A stretch of 64,000 bases of DNA. Source: Candidatus Spyradenecus sp. GTDB lineage: Bacteria; Verrucomicrobiota; Kiritimatiellia; RFP12; DVOR01. This document shows, in pieces, positions 37,219-47,626 of this stretch. The stretch's first letter is position 1. Every line of letters begins with the position of its first letter. The notes beneath the pieces were generated by a model, which was not told the origin of the DNA, searched no databases, and saw only the letters and a program-made list of their open reading frames with translations. The position numbers were made by a program, and so were the translations under genes. The DNA lies in the NCBI GenBank assembly GCA_045634445.1, contig JAZRAG010000078.1, positions 36 to 64,035 of the forward strand, written 5' to 3'.

Positions 37219-39888
37219 ATGACGCTTGACGAATTAGTCGCTCAGCATTTCGCGGGCGAAAAACACCGCAAAGAAGGCCGTGGCCACTATATGGTGTGTT
37301 GCCCGATCCACGGTGACTCGAATCCCTCTATGAGCCTAACAGAGGGCGATAATGGCAAAATCCTGGTGAAATGTTTTGCGTGTGGTGCTGGTGCTCAGGA
37401 ATTGGCTGACCATTTAGGGTTGAGCATGTCAGACTTCATGGGGCCGAAGACGGAAAAGCCGTTGAGCGATTGGGAAGTCAAGGTCGGGCGCTTTGTGTGT
37501 CAGTACGATTATACGGACGAAGACGGGAACATCCTCTTTTCTAAAGAGCGCCGCGTCAAAACTGACGGATCTAAGACGTTTTTGCAGAAGATTCCCGCGC
37601 CTCCCGGAAGCGTTCACAAATGGAAATATGGAAGCGTCGTCAAGTACTTGGCTGAACGCAAGATGAAGCGTCCGCTTTATCGCCTGAAGGATCTGCTTTT
37701 CGCCGTGCGCACGGGTAAGCCTGTGTGGTTTGTTGAGGGCGAAAAGGACGTGGAGACGCTGCGTGATCTTGGCCTTGAAGCCACGACAACGGTTGACGGT
37801 GCCGGAGGGGGTTGGGAAGAGCATTATTCCGCTTGGTTCGATGGCGCGAAGGTTGTTTATATCGTCCCCGATAACGATAAGCCACCGGCGAATAAAAACG
37901 CAAAGGGTTGGCAAGGTCAGCAATTCGCCGTGGTTAAGCGTGCAGCACTGACTGAACGTGGTGTGAATTGTTTCGTGGTGGAGCTTCCAAGTGTGGTGCT
38001 TGGTAAGTCTGTTAAGGATATGACGGACTTCTTTGATGCCGGGGGAACTGTTGAGGAATTGGAAACACTTGCCCGTGCAGCAGAAGTGACAGAATGGCTT
38101 CCACCGTGGGCACGTTCTGACGCGCCAGAGATTCCTGATGCAGTTGATGCGGAATCGGTGACGAAAACGAGCGCAAAAAGCGAGAAGGTTTTACAGCGTT
38201 CGTGGAAGAATGAAGAGTTGCCGCTGGAGACGCGTCTACAGGCTTTTGCGGATTGGCTGAAGTACCGCATTGAAAAGCGTGACGATACAATCGCCTGGTG
38301 CGTCTCTCAGATTTTGCAGCTCGATTGGAAGGGTGTGCGCGAGATTGCGCGCTCGAAGCTCCTTGCGCAAACCGTGGTGGCGTGGTTGAATCACGTCGGG
38401 CGTTTGTACTATCACAGCGTGCATCGTGACTTTGCGACGGAGATGTTCTTTCTACACGCAGATAAAACGCTCTGCACGGTGGCCAGTGATTGGTTCTCAT
38501 CGTGGGTGTCGCGCCATACTGGCATTAACCGTGAAGATGCGAGATTCAAGAAGATCCGTGCGGCCATTCAGGATGAAGCGTTGCAGGGCGAATCGGCCGT
38601 TGGTGTGACGCCAGAGTACTTCTTCGCCCGGCGTGACGGGGCGATCTATATCAGTTGCGGGGTCGGCCAGATGGCAAAGGTAACCGGCGGCCGTGTTGAG
38701 ATGGTCGACAACGGGACCGATGGCGTACTGTTCAGTGTTGAAAAGGTCCTGAAGCCATGGAGGCTGACCAAAACGCCGCGCGATCCGTTTAGTACGTGCC
38801 AATTGTGGACAGGCATGGAAACGACTGCGCAGCAGAGGTTGTTGTTTAAGCTGTGGGCGTTGTGCCTTCCGCACATGTTAGAGGCGAAACCGCCAATCTC
38901 GATGAGCGGTGGCGCGGGCTCAGGCAAGACGGCCGTGGTGCGTGGTTTGTTCAGGTTATTCGGGCTTGAGCAACGTAATGTCTCCGTAGATCCGGGAGAC
39001 AAAGGCGAAAATGCGCTTTGGGTGCAGCTGCACGCGGGCGGCTTGCTGTTGCTGGATAACGTGGATATCGCGGTCAAGTGGTTTGCAAACAGTCTTGAAG
39101 CGGCGTCCACCGGCGCAACGAAAGAAGTAAAGCGCTTGTATACTGACGCGGAAATCGCGCAGCTTGTGCCGCGCGCTAACATCGCGATCACGTCTCTGCG
39201 GTCGCTGTTCGCCTCTTCCCAGGCGTTATCTGACCGCATGATACATATCCACCTCGAACGTGTCAGCGGCAAGGAAACAAAGGAATCGTCTCTCTATCAT
39301 GAGATTGAAGCTTGTCGTGACGATGCGATGACGTTCGTGGCGCAGACGATTGCGAAGGTGTTGGCCGATGATAGCCCGGCGCAGCACGTCAACCGTCGTC
39401 ACCCTGACTGGGGCGCAATTGCCGTCAAGACGGGTAGGGCGCTCGGGATTGAGGAGCAGGCCGTCAAGGCATTGCAGGCCGCCGAAATGGATAAGTACGT
39501 CTCAAATCTCAAGAGTGACGCATTCGGTGAAATGGTGATGCGGTTGGTACGTCAGCCGATGACGGTGGACGCAGCTCACTTTGCCGAATTGATTAAGCGT
39601 GAGTATGGCGAAGACTATTATCGCAGGGCAGGTTGGAACCCTGTGAAGGTCGGAAAGTCTATCGAACGCCTCTCGGAATCGCTAAAAATCTTGTATCAAT
39701 TGAGCAAGAAATTTTCACGTGGAAAAGCCATTTATTCGTTGGCTCCGTCGCAGATGATGTTGGATGAACTTCAAGATGACACCGACGCTTCCGCGCCTTC
39801 CAATTCTGAAGAGTCACCAACAAACTCTTCAAACTCAACCACTTACGCAGATTATGGTGAAGAAGATGACGTGTTCGAGATTCTTTGA
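37219..39888 (+). CDS. Primase-helicase (Zn finger + TOPRIM + P-loop NTPase)
   Basis: CPIHGD..C..C, FVEGEKD, VPDND, GGAGSGKT, LLLDN. Confidence 0.85.
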   Translation: MTLDELVAQHFAGEKHRKEGRGHYMVCCPIHGDSNPSMSLTEGDNGKILVKCFACGAGAQELADHLGLSMSDFMGPKTEKPLSDWEVKVGRFVCQYDYTDEDGNILFSKERRVKTDGSKTFLQKIPAPPGSVHKWKYGSVVKYLAERKMKRPLYRLKDLLFAVRTGKPVWFVEGEKDVETLRDLGLEATTTVDGAGGGWEEHYSAWFDGAKVVYIVPDNDKPPANKNAKGWQGQQFAVVKRAALTERGVNCFVVELPSVVLGKSVKDMTDFFDAGGTVEELETLARAAEVTEWLPPWARSDAPEIPDAVDAESVTKTSAKSEKVLQRSWKNEELPLETRLQAFADWLKYRIEKRDDTIAWCVSQILQLDWKGVREIARSKLLAQTVVAWLNHVGRLYYHSVHRDFATEMFFLHADKTLCTVASDWFSSWVSRHTGINREDARFKKIRAAIQDEALQGESAVGVTPEYFFARRDGAIYISCGVGQMAKVTGGRVEMVDNGTDGVLFSVEKVLKPWRLTKTPRDPFSTCQLWTGMETTAQQRLLFKLWALCLPHMLEAKPPISMSGGAGSGKTAVVRGLFRLFGLEQRNVSVDPGDKGENALWVQLHAGGLLLLDNVDIAVKWFANSLEAASTGATKEVKRLYTDAEIAQLVPRANIAITSLRSLFASSQALSDRMIHIHLERVSGKETKESSLYHEIEACRDDAMTFVAQTIAKVLADDSPAQHVNRRHPDWGAIAVKTGRALGIEEQAVKALQAAEMDKYVSNLKSDAFGEMVMRLVRQPMTVDAAHFAELIKREYGEDYYRRAGWNPVKVGKSIERLSESLKILYQLSKKFSRGKAIYSLAPSQMMLDELQDDTDASAPSNSEESPTNSSNSTTYADYGEEDDVFEIL

Positions 39889-39889
39889 C

Positions 39890-39997
39890 GTGGTGGGGGT
39901 TGTTGGGGTTAGAGGCCACTTTCGCAAACTTCCTACTTTTTTCAATTATTTTTTATTTTTTAAAAAGATAGGAAAACACCTCCACCACCTCCACCAC
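39890..39997. other. Putative phage replication origin
   Basis: Imperfect inverted 9-bp-periodic repeats (39890..39910, 39977..39997) around an AT-rich core, directly after the primase gene. Confidence 0.5.
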
Positions 39998-40059
39998 ATG
40001 GACGGCGGCCCTTTGGATCAGATTGGATGCAGCAGGTTCGTTCTGCCGGCCCCCCTGAG

Positions 40060-40070
40060 CGGGTCCTTTC
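40060..40070 (+). other. cosQ-like packaging signal CGGGTCCTTTC
   Basis: Matches the lambda cosQ context as I recall it; lies upstream of the terminase gene. Confidence 0.55.
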
Positions 40071-40150
40071 GCCCGTTCGTTCCACTCCTTACCCCGCTCG
40101 TCACACCACGGGAGTGTGAGTGACTAACGTTGTGAAGTGTTTTTGTTTGG

Positions 40151-40708
40151 GTGAAATTTATGTTGACGCAAAAATTGTTGCTAAAAAAAATCACGGGGAA
40201 AGAGGCGCGGCGGGTGGCGACGGCGGTGGCGTCGGCGGAGTTTGCCGGGGAGCTCCGGCGGCTGCGTCGTGCGGTTCGCCGTTCAATCGTTCAGGCGGGC
40301 TCGCACATTAAGCGAGAGCTTCCAGACGTGCGCCTGATGCGGTGCCGCATGGCGCTCGGTCTTGTGGTGCCTGCACGATTCGTCTGGAGCGGCATGGAAG
40401 GGCTTCGACTGTCTGACCGTGTAGGGCGGTGGTACTTCATCACTCCGACGGATCAGGGCGCAATCTACTTGCCTGATTGGTCTTTCGGGAATTGGTCGCT
40501 GACGCGCATGGGCGTGCAGATTGTTGACCGCTTTTGTGACAATTCCTTTTCACGAAATGCCACTGCGCTCCACGCGTCTCTAACTGCGCGCTCTAAAAGA
40601 TGGACGGCCATATACACGTCTCTGCCAGCCTCTGCCACGGTCGGTGATGCCGTGCGCCTTTACTCTGAAGATATAGTCACAGGATGCCTTGATCATGGAA
40701 TTTTCTGA
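40151..40708 (+). CDS. Phage hypothetical protein (terminase small-subunit position)
   Basis: Positional only. Confidence 0.5.
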   Translation: MKFMLTQKLLLKKITGKEARRVATAVASAEFAGELRRLRRAVRRSIVQAGSHIKRELPDVRLMRCRMALGLVVPARFVWSGMEGLRLSDRVGRWYFITPTDQGAIYLPDWSFGNWSLTRMGVQIVDRFCDNSFSRNATALHASLTARSKRWTAIYTSLPASATVGDAVRLYSEDIVTGCLDHGIF

Positions 40709-42968
40709 CTGTGCCCATTATCGCAAAATTCGCGCCACGCTTGACCGTGGCCGTCCGTTCACGGCCGATCAAGTCCGTGAGCTCCAACGCATTGCGCCGC
40801 CGGATCTGTCGCTTCTGCTTGCCCGGTCCGCTGACATTGCCCGTGCGCGCCTCGCTTCTGGTGGCAAGCTTACGGCCGCCTACCGTGAAGCGCTCGAACT
40901 AATAGACCCGTCCTATTCTGCACCGGCGGCCGCCTCTCCACGCTCCACGGCTGAACGCGTCCGCGATCATGTCGAACGGTCCAATGACATCGGCGCGCCG
41001 CCTCCATGCGTTAATCCTTCGCGTCGTGAATTGTGCCGCCTCGACCTCGTTGCCTTCGGCCAAATCTACTGCGCCAATCTCCTCGATCATCCTCCGTCTG
41101 AGAAGATGCAAGAATTTATCCGCGCCATGGCTGCAACAATTCTCACGGGCGGCAAACTCCATGTGCGCCTTCCTCGTGGCAAGGGGAAAACAACCTGGAC
41201 GAAAATCGCCATGCTCTGGTCGGCAGCTTTCGCACACCGGCGCTTTTTGGTCGTTATCTCTGCCACCGTCGCAGACGCTCAAAGCATCATCGCTGACTGC
41301 CTTGCGGTCCTTGATTCGTCCGAAGAATTCCTGGAGGACTTTCCTGAGATTGCTCATCCGTTTCACGCACTCGAAGGAATTGCACAACGGTGTGCCTCGC
41401 AACACATCTCCGGCGTTCGCACCGATATCGAAATCACCGGCGTGCGCATCACGCTGCCTACCGTCGCGGGCTCCAAGTCCTCAGGCATTACGCTTCGCGC
41501 ACGTGGCGTCAAGGGGTCGCTCCGTGGCCTCGTCGCTGGCCGTCAACGTCCTGACTTCGTCTTCCTTGATGACCCGCAAACCCGCAAAGATGCGTCGTCA
41601 GCTTCCGAGACGCAGAAGTTTATCTCTGTCGTCCGCGGTGATATTGACGGCCTCGCTGGCCACAATCGCGCAATGGCCACAATCATCGCCACCACGCCCG
41701 TCGCGCCCGGTGACGGTTCATCGCGCCTCGCTGACCAAGAAGAATTTCCAGACATTCGCACGATGACGGTGCCCCTGATTCTGTCCATGCCCAAGCGCCT
41801 CGACCTTTGGGATGAATTCGTCAATCGTTTCCGCGCCGATGCCATTGCCGGTGACCTTACGCACGCAGACTCCCGTGCATTCTACGTCGCCAATCGTGAG
41901 GCGATGGATGACGGTTGCGAAGTCCTCGACCCGCTTGACGGTGACCCGCTCACTGAAGAGTCGGCCATTCACCATGCCTTTGTCCGGCGCTGCACGCTCG
42001 GAGAGACCGCCTTCAACGCTGAATACCAGATGATTGTCGCACGCCCCGATGCGTCATTTGCGCTTGACCCGTCCTTTGTTGCCCGCCGCCTCAATGGATA
42101 CCCGCGTGCCACAATTCCGCTCCTCTGCGGTGAGTGCGTGGCCTTTTGCGACGTCAACCTTGAAGCAGGTCTCCGTTGGGGCATCCTCTCCGTCGGACGT
42201 CGCAACGTTGCCGCCCTCGTGGCCTATGGCCGTTATCCAGAAGTCGGGCGCCTCGCGCCAGAAAACGCCACCGAAACCGAAATCTCCTCCGCACTTGCAG
42301 CAGGACTGGCCGCCGTGACGCGTATCGTGGCGGCCACGCATCTGTCTTTCAACACACACCGCAAGATGCCGCAAGCCCTGGTCTTTGACGGCGGCTTCCA
42401 AACGCCTGTTGTCGCTGCCTACTGCGCCACCGCTCGTGCGCCTTTTAAGTTGGCTTGGGCAAAGGGTTTCGGCGGTTCCAATTATCGGCCCTCCGACAAA
42501 ATCGCACAACCCGGCGACCATGTTCACGCGTCAGCCTCCGAGAATGGTGTATTTCTTGCCGTTTGTGCAGACTACTGGCGTGAATACATGCAGCGCGCCT
42601 TGCTTGCAGAACCCCTCCAGCCTGGCTCGCTGTCCTTCTACGGCCATGACCCGATAGAGCACGCCCGCCTCGCGGACGAAATCGCAGCCGAAACGCTCGA
42701 AGAAAAACGCGCCATGCCAAACGGAAAGACGTCCTGGCGTTGGTCGGTCAACGGTCCAAACCACTACGGCGACGTTGTTTCCAGCTGTTTCGCCGTTGCG
42801 TCTTGGTATCGCCTTCTCGCGCCCGCCGAAACGCTTGTGTCTGACGCACTTCTGGAACAGGCTACCGCCGAATCGCCGCCAATTCCTGCGCCGCGCATGC
42901 TTCCGAGCTTCACCCAACGTCCTCAGCCGCGGTTCTGTTCCAAGTTCCGCGCTGCTCCACGCCGTTAA
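40689..42968 (+). CDS. Terminase large subunit (GpA-like)
   Basis: PRGKGKTT Walker A, FLDDPQ Walker B, FCDVN nuclease Asp, NHYGD C-terminal motif. Confidence 0.9.
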   Translation: MIMEFSDCAHYRKIRATLDRGRPFTADQVRELQRIAPPDLSLLLARSADIARARLASGGKLTAAYREALELIDPSYSAPAAASPRSTAERVRDHVERSNDIGAPPPCVNPSRRELCRLDLVAFGQIYCANLLDHPPSEKMQEFIRAMAATILTGGKLHVRLPRGKGKTTWTKIAMLWSAAFAHRRFLVVISATVADAQSIIADCLAVLDSSEEFLEDFPEIAHPFHALEGIAQRCASQHISGVRTDIEITGVRITLPTVAGSKSSGITLRARGVKGSLRGLVAGRQRPDFVFLDDPQTRKDASSASETQKFISVVRGDIDGLAGHNRAMATIIATTPVAPGDGSSRLADQEEFPDIRTMTVPLILSMPKRLDLWDEFVNRFRADAIAGDLTHADSRAFYVANREAMDDGCEVLDPLDGDPLTEESAIHHAFVRRCTLGETAFNAEYQMIVARPDASFALDPSFVARRLNGYPRATIPLLCGECVAFCDVNLEAGLRWGILSVGRRNVAALVAYGRYPEVGRLAPENATETEISSALAAGLAAVTRIVAATHLSFNTHRKMPQALVFDGGFQTPVVAAYCATARAPFKLAWAKGFGGSNYRPSDKIAQPGDHVHASASENGVFLAVCADYWREYMQRALLAEPLQPGSLSFYGHDPIEHARLADEIAAETLEEKRAMPNGKTSWRWSVNGPNHYGDVVSSCFAVASWYRLLAPAETLVSDALLEQATAESPPIPAPRMLPSFTQRPQPRFCSKFRAAPRR

Positions 42969-43144
42969 AATCGTCATCTTTTCGCCCTTTTTCAAGGGCG
43001 TTTTCTCTCGCGTGCGCGCGTTTGCGTGAAAAAAGTTTGCGAAATCAACCACTTATGCAGAGTCTGCATGTCATGTTTGACACACAGATTTCTTTTTGCG
43101 TTTTGCCTGTGCTTTAATGAAGGCGTTGAAAGGCAGAAACGCGC

Positions 43145-43429
43145 ATGTCCGAAAAAATCGTCTTCAAAAATCTCACCCCGTCTGAACGCCTCCAGGCGCT
43201 CGAAGCGGCGCGTCAACGTATGAACGCCATTGCTTCCGCGATTGACGCCATTGTCGGCGGTGCAGTCTCTGCCACGGTGTCCACCGCGGGCGGTTCGCGC
43301 TCTTACACCCGCGCTTCGCTCTCTGAGTTGCGTCAACTCTACGCCGCCTCTGTGCGTCAATACAAAAATCTGCGCAAGTCTCTCTCCGGTCAATCCGCAT
43401 TTCGTCGCCTCTGGGCACGCTGGTCTTAA
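43145..43429 (+). CDS. Head-tail joining protein (gpW-like)
   Basis: GGSRSYTRASLSELRQL; between terminase and portal. Confidence 0.7.
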   Translation: MSEKIVFKNLTPSERLQALEAARQRMNAIASAIDAIVGGAVSATVSTAGGSRSYTRASLSELRQLYAASVRQYKNLRKSLSGQSAFRRLWARWS

Positions 43430-43431
43430 CA

Positions 43432-45012
43432 ATGAAAAAGCGTCTATCAACTCTCATTGCTCCGTTCCGTCGCGTCAAGGCTCAGTATTCGGCCATTGAC
43501 CGCAACCGCGAATTGTTGGCTCGCACGTCTGTCGAGCATTATGGCGAAGATTACCAGCTGCGCAATGGCCGTCGTGGCTATCTGCTTGCCCTTATGCGCG
43601 ATAATTTTCGCAATGCGCCAGAAGCGCGTGCGATCTGCGAGCAGCGCGCCCTTAATATCGTCGGTGACGTGGGCGGCAAGCTCCAACTCGTGACGCAGGA
43701 TGACGCCTTCAACCGCGCCGCCAATCTCTATTTCTCCATGCGTGCCCGGCGTATTGAATTCTCCAACGGCCTCACGCTGAATGAGCTCTTGCGTCGCGTT
43801 CAGATTTCGCTCGATATCGGGGGCGATTTGGTTGTTGTGGCTGACGTTGCCACGGCTTCTGCTCCTGCGCCGTTCTGCAATTCTGGCAAGTTGCGCGTTT
43901 TTGACGCTGACGAAATTGGCAATCTACCAGCGGATCACTTTGAAGCGACGTATGGCAAAAAAGGCTACATCCAGCGCGACGGCCTCATCTACGACGCCTT
44001 CGGTCGTCATATCGGTGTAATCGTTTCCACCGCTGAACGTGGCAAAACGACATTTGCAGCAGATAAGGCGCTCGTGCTTTTTCAGGATCCCGATTCGCTT
44101 GACGTGCCGAATTGGGTTTACATTCAGCACGGTTGGCGCACCAATCAGGGCCGTGGTGTCTCTCCCTTTGCACCTGTTGCCGGTACGCTTCACAATGTGG
44201 AGTCGATTGCCACATCTGAGACTGCCGCGGCAAAGCTCAATGCGCAGATGCTCGGCGCGTACAAGCGCACCAGCGACTCCGCAGATGAGTCGCAATTGCC
44301 TGATGCATTGACCAAGCCTGTCATCGTTGATGAAAACGGCGTTGACCCGGCCACGGGCGAAGAGGTGGAAGCCGCAGAGGAAGAGGCAGACGAACAGGAA
44401 ATCTTTCCCGACGAATTTGCGCGTGCCTCCGGCGCATTCTTTGACGTGCTGCCCGATGGCTATGAAGCGCAGCTGTACGACACAAAGCGGCCGAATAACA
44501 ACGTCAAAGACTTCTTGCGCTTCCTCACGGGCCGTGCCGCTGCTGCTTTGGGGATGGGTGTTCAGTACGTGACGCTTGATCCGATGGCGTCGTACTCCGC
44601 TTTCCGTGGCGCGCAAGTGCTCGCACGTCCTGCTTTTAAGCATGCGCAAAAGACGCTCGAACGCAATCTCTGCGATTGGCTCGCCGCCGTCCTGATTGGC
44701 CAGGCGATTGAGAGCGGCTTTCTTCCTGCGCCAAAGTCTGACGAAGATTTCTGCGCCTGTCTCTACTGGACATGGCCCAAACAAGAGGAATGCAACGCCG
44801 TTGATGAGCAGAACGCGCTTCGCTTGAAGCTTCAAAACGGCACCGCTTCCTATCGTGAGGTGTTCGGCCCTTCGTGGCGTGAACGTCTTCGCGAAATCGG
44901 CGAAGAAGCCGCCGCCTGTCGTGCCGCTGGCTTACTCCATCCGATGACTGTCACTGTGGCGGGCGCGCCCGTCACCGAACCGCCTCCGTCTGAGGATGGC
45001 GATTCGAATTAA
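43432..45012 (+). CDS. Portal protein, lambda family
   Basis: QGRGVSPFAP, NYS-like ASYSAFRG, size and position. Confidence 0.88.
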   Translation: MKKRLSTLIAPFRRVKAQYSAIDRNRELLARTSVEHYGEDYQLRNGRRGYLLALMRDNFRNAPEARAICEQRALNIVGDVGGKLQLVTQDDAFNRAANLYFSMRARRIEFSNGLTLNELLRRVQISLDIGGDLVVVADVATASAPAPFCNSGKLRVFDADEIGNLPADHFEATYGKKGYIQRDGLIYDAFGRHIGVIVSTAERGKTTFAADKALVLFQDPDSLDVPNWVYIQHGWRTNQGRGVSPFAPVAGTLHNVESIATSETAAAKLNAQMLGAYKRTSDSADESQLPDALTKPVIVDENGVDPATGEEVEAAEEEADEQEIFPDEFARASGAFFDVLPDGYEAQLYDTKRPNNNVKDFLRFLTGRAAAALGMGVQYVTLDPMASYSAFRGAQVLARPAFKHAQKTLERNLCDWLAAVLIGQAIESGFLPAPKSDEDFCACLYWTWPKQEECNAVDEQNALRLKLQNGTASYREVFGPSWRERLREIGEEAAACRAAGLLHPMTVTVAGAPVTEPPPSEDGDSN

Positions 45013-45048
45013 CCCCTTTCTCTCACAGCTCAGTTACTCCTTAGTACG

Positions 45049-46227
45049 ATGACCAACACAATTAATATATCCGGAATGATTGCGCCCGCTGACCTCTTCG
45101 GCTTGCGTGATTTCCTTTCGCCTGGCTCTGCTACGTTTCCGCAAGACGTTGATGCAGCGCTTCAGAAATGCAGCACAGACGAAGATATCACGCTCCGCAT
45201 TGACAGCCCCGGCGGCTATTGTGACGCAGGGAATGCGATGATTATTGCTTTGCGCGATTGGGAGCGCACCAACGGCCGCAAGATCAACGTCGAAGTCGGT
45301 GCTCAGGCTGCATCGATGGCCGCTTGCATGATGTTCAGCTTCTCGGGCACGATTAAGGTGCACCGCAATTCGCTCGTAATGCTCCACGGTGCGCGCTTTG
45401 ATTCTTTCGGTGAAACGTGGGTCGCAGAGGCGCTCCGTGACGCTGCCGATTCGCTCGATGTGATCAACGATATCATGATTGACACGGTCGCCGAAAAGAC
45501 CGGCAAGTCGCGCGAAGAAGTTGCCGAATGGGTCCGCGGTTCGAAGGAGACTTTTTTCGGCGCTCGCAAACTGCTTGATAAACAATTGATTGACGGAGTG
45601 ATTGACGCAGCTCCGTCCGCAACGCCCGTCTCTCCCGTGGCGTTGAATGCGTTCTCGCGTCTGTCCGCATGCAAGCGTGACGGTGGCATACTCGCCGCCG
45701 TTGCATTTGCTTCGCTTAACAAGGAGGCCGTCATGGCTGATGATGATAAGAAGCCGGAGGAAGAGACTCCCGCGGAAACCACTCCAGCAGAGGAGACGCC
45801 TCCTGCTGAAGAGAAGCCCGCAGAAGATACTCCTCCCGCTGAAGAAAATCCTCCAGCAGAGGAAGAAAAACCCGCTGAGGAAGAAGAAAAGCCCGCAGAG
45901 GATGATGATAAGGCGCTCGCCGATACCATCGCGTCCGCTGTTCAGGAGGCTGTCACGGTTGCATTGGCTGACGCCAACGCTGAAATCGCCACCCTCAAGG
46001 CCAAGCTTGAAGCCGCAGAATTGCGTGCACAGAAGGCTGAAGGCACTTTGCGTGGTATCACCGCTGCGCGTGGCAAGCCGCTCCAACTCCCCACCGCGCC
46101 TGCCGTTTCTACTGCATCGAAAGATGTAAAGGCTGAATGGCAGAAGGCTGTCCGTGAGCATGGCTTGCAGGCCGCGATGAAGAAGTTCCCCGATCTTTTG
46201 GCCGCCGTGCGTTCGGCTGCTAAGTAA
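45049..46227 (+). CDS. ClpP/S49-type prohead protease with acidic PAEE-repeat scaffold
   Basis: IDSPGG, AASMA Ser motif, MLHG; (PAEE)n tract. Confidence 0.88.
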   Translation: MTNTINISGMIAPADLFGLRDFLSPGSATFPQDVDAALQKCSTDEDITLRIDSPGGYCDAGNAMIIALRDWERTNGRKINVEVGAQAASMAACMMFSFSGTIKVHRNSLVMLHGARFDSFGETWVAEALRDAADSLDVINDIMIDTVAEKTGKSREEVAEWVRGSKETFFGARKLLDKQLIDGVIDAAPSATPVSPVALNAFSRLSACKRDGGILAAVAFASLNKEAVMADDDKKPEEETPAETTPAEETPPAEEKPAEDTPPAEENPPAEEEKPAEEEEKPAEDDDKALADTIASAVQEAVTVALADANAEIATLKAKLEAAELRAQKAEGTLRGITAARGKPLQLPTAPAVSTASKDVKAEWQKAVREHGLQAAMKKFPDLLAAVRSAAK

Positions 46228-46264
46228 ACAAAACAACCCCAAAAACTCAAATAGGAGAAAACCT

Positions 46265-47206
46265 ATGCCGTTATCCACCGAGCGCACGCAGTTCGATGAA
46301 CTCAGCGCAATTGTTAATTCTGGCAACGTTCCCAGCTACGTAACGTTCCACCGCTATCTCCCGATGGTGTCCGTGACTGAACGCTCTGGCTCCATTGCTG
46401 TCATGCCTGTTGATGGTGCAGCTGTTGGCACCGAAAACAAGGAAGGTGCAGCTCGCACCGCCGAAATGCTCACTTCCAAGTCCGTCTCTTACGCACTCAC
46501 CGCGCGTGCTGCTAAGCGTACCGGCGTGCTCTTCGATGAAGAAGCACAGCTCGGCAACGATATTGACAATGTGATCGCACTCGGCGGTGGCCGTTGCGCT
46601 CGCGAATTTTTCCGCGGCGTCGAATCTGCATCGTGGACGCTTTTGGGCACCACCGCCAAGACGGTCGCACTCAAGGCTGGCACGATCCTCGCTCAAATCC
46701 AGGAAGCCGTTGACGCGGTCACCGTGTGTGGTGAACCTGTCCTCGTGATCACCCGCAAGGGTCTCCGCGCGCTTCGCTCCATTGCAGAAGTGAAAGAGCA
46801 TCTCACCACGGTTGCCAAGGTCATCGGCGATGACGGCGTGGTCAAGACCAAGCCTCAGGCCTTCGCTCAGGCCATCGCTGACCTCTGCGACGTGGCTGAA
46901 GTGATTGTCGTCGATGATACGATGGTTGCCTCCGGCGCAAACGCTTACTTTTTTGTGATGGGCCGCCGCCCTGAAGCAATGGGTGGCGATTCTCAGATTC
47001 GCGTGGCTAAGGCTAACCCCGTCGCCGCTGCGATCATCTTCCAACGCCCTGCTGAGGCTCCCGCAGATGACTTCCCCTTGGCTTCCATCTACGGCTACGC
47101 CGATAACAAGGATGAAGCAAACTACTTCGATGCTCAGGGCCGCTACCAGGGCGTGCTTTGCAATGGCGAAGGCGTCTACAAGGTGACCTTGCCCACGGCT
47201 TCTTAA
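46265..47206 (+). CDS. Major capsid protein (putative)
   Basis: Strong RBS, 313 aa, follows the protease, terminator-like hairpin after it. Confidence 0.7.
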   Translation: MPLSTERTQFDELSAIVNSGNVPSYVTFHRYLPMVSVTERSGSIAVMPVDGAAVGTENKEGAARTAEMLTSKSVSYALTARAAKRTGVLFDEEAQLGNDIDNVIALGGGRCAREFFRGVESASWTLLGTTAKTVALKAGTILAQIQEAVDAVTVCGEPVLVITRKGLRALRSIAEVKEHLTTVAKVIGDDGVVKTKPQAFAQAIADLCDVAEVIVVDDTMVASGANAYFFVMGRRPEAMGGDSQIRVAKANPVAAAIIFQRPAEAPADDFPLASIYGYADNKDEANYFDAQGRYQGVLCNGEGVYKVTLPTAS

Positions 47207-47243
47207 CCGTTTCCATAGTAGTACAGTTCCATCGGGTAGGTTT

Positions 47244-47292
47244 GCCCGCCGCCGCTCGATGGGATTCCTTTCGGCAAGGGCGGGCGTTTTTT
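47244..47292 (+). terminator. Intrinsic terminator after capsid gene
   Basis: GCCCGCC/GGCGGGC stem followed by GTTTTTT. Confidence 0.6.
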
Positions 47293-47305
47293 CGGAGGCT
47301 TTGGA

Positions 47306-47626
47306 ATGGCGATCACTTTTGACGCGCCTGGCGTTTGGCAAGACTTCTACGTGAATGAAGTCATTGCGCGTACCACGCGTGGTGAGACCGCATTCAAGGC
47401 CTCCGTGCTGCTTAATGCACGCGATACTGCACAGATGGGCAACCGCTACGGCGATTGCTATTCTGTCGTCTGCAACGCGTGCGGCCCTGGCGCATGGGGG
47501 CTCGTAACCGAACCCCGGCGCGGGGACATCCTCGAAGTCGATGGTCGTTTGAAGCTTTACGTCTTCCAGTGCTATCGCATTGATTCTTGCTTCCATATAC
47601 AGGCGATGTCGCGCAATGTCCACTAA
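47306..47626 (+). CDS. Head-tail connector/closure protein (putative)
   Basis: PRRGDILEVDGR..Y.V resembles gpFII-like proteins; position. Confidence 0.55.
   Translation: MAITFDAPGVWQDFYVNEVIARTTRGETAFKASVLLNARDTAQMGNRYGDCYSVVCNACGPGAWGLVTEPRRGDILEVDGRLKLYVFQCYRIDSCFHIQAMSRNVH

Noticed and set aside
45733-45910. PAEE tandem repeats
   Set aside because: Ordinary low-complexity acidic scaffold linker of the prohead protease.
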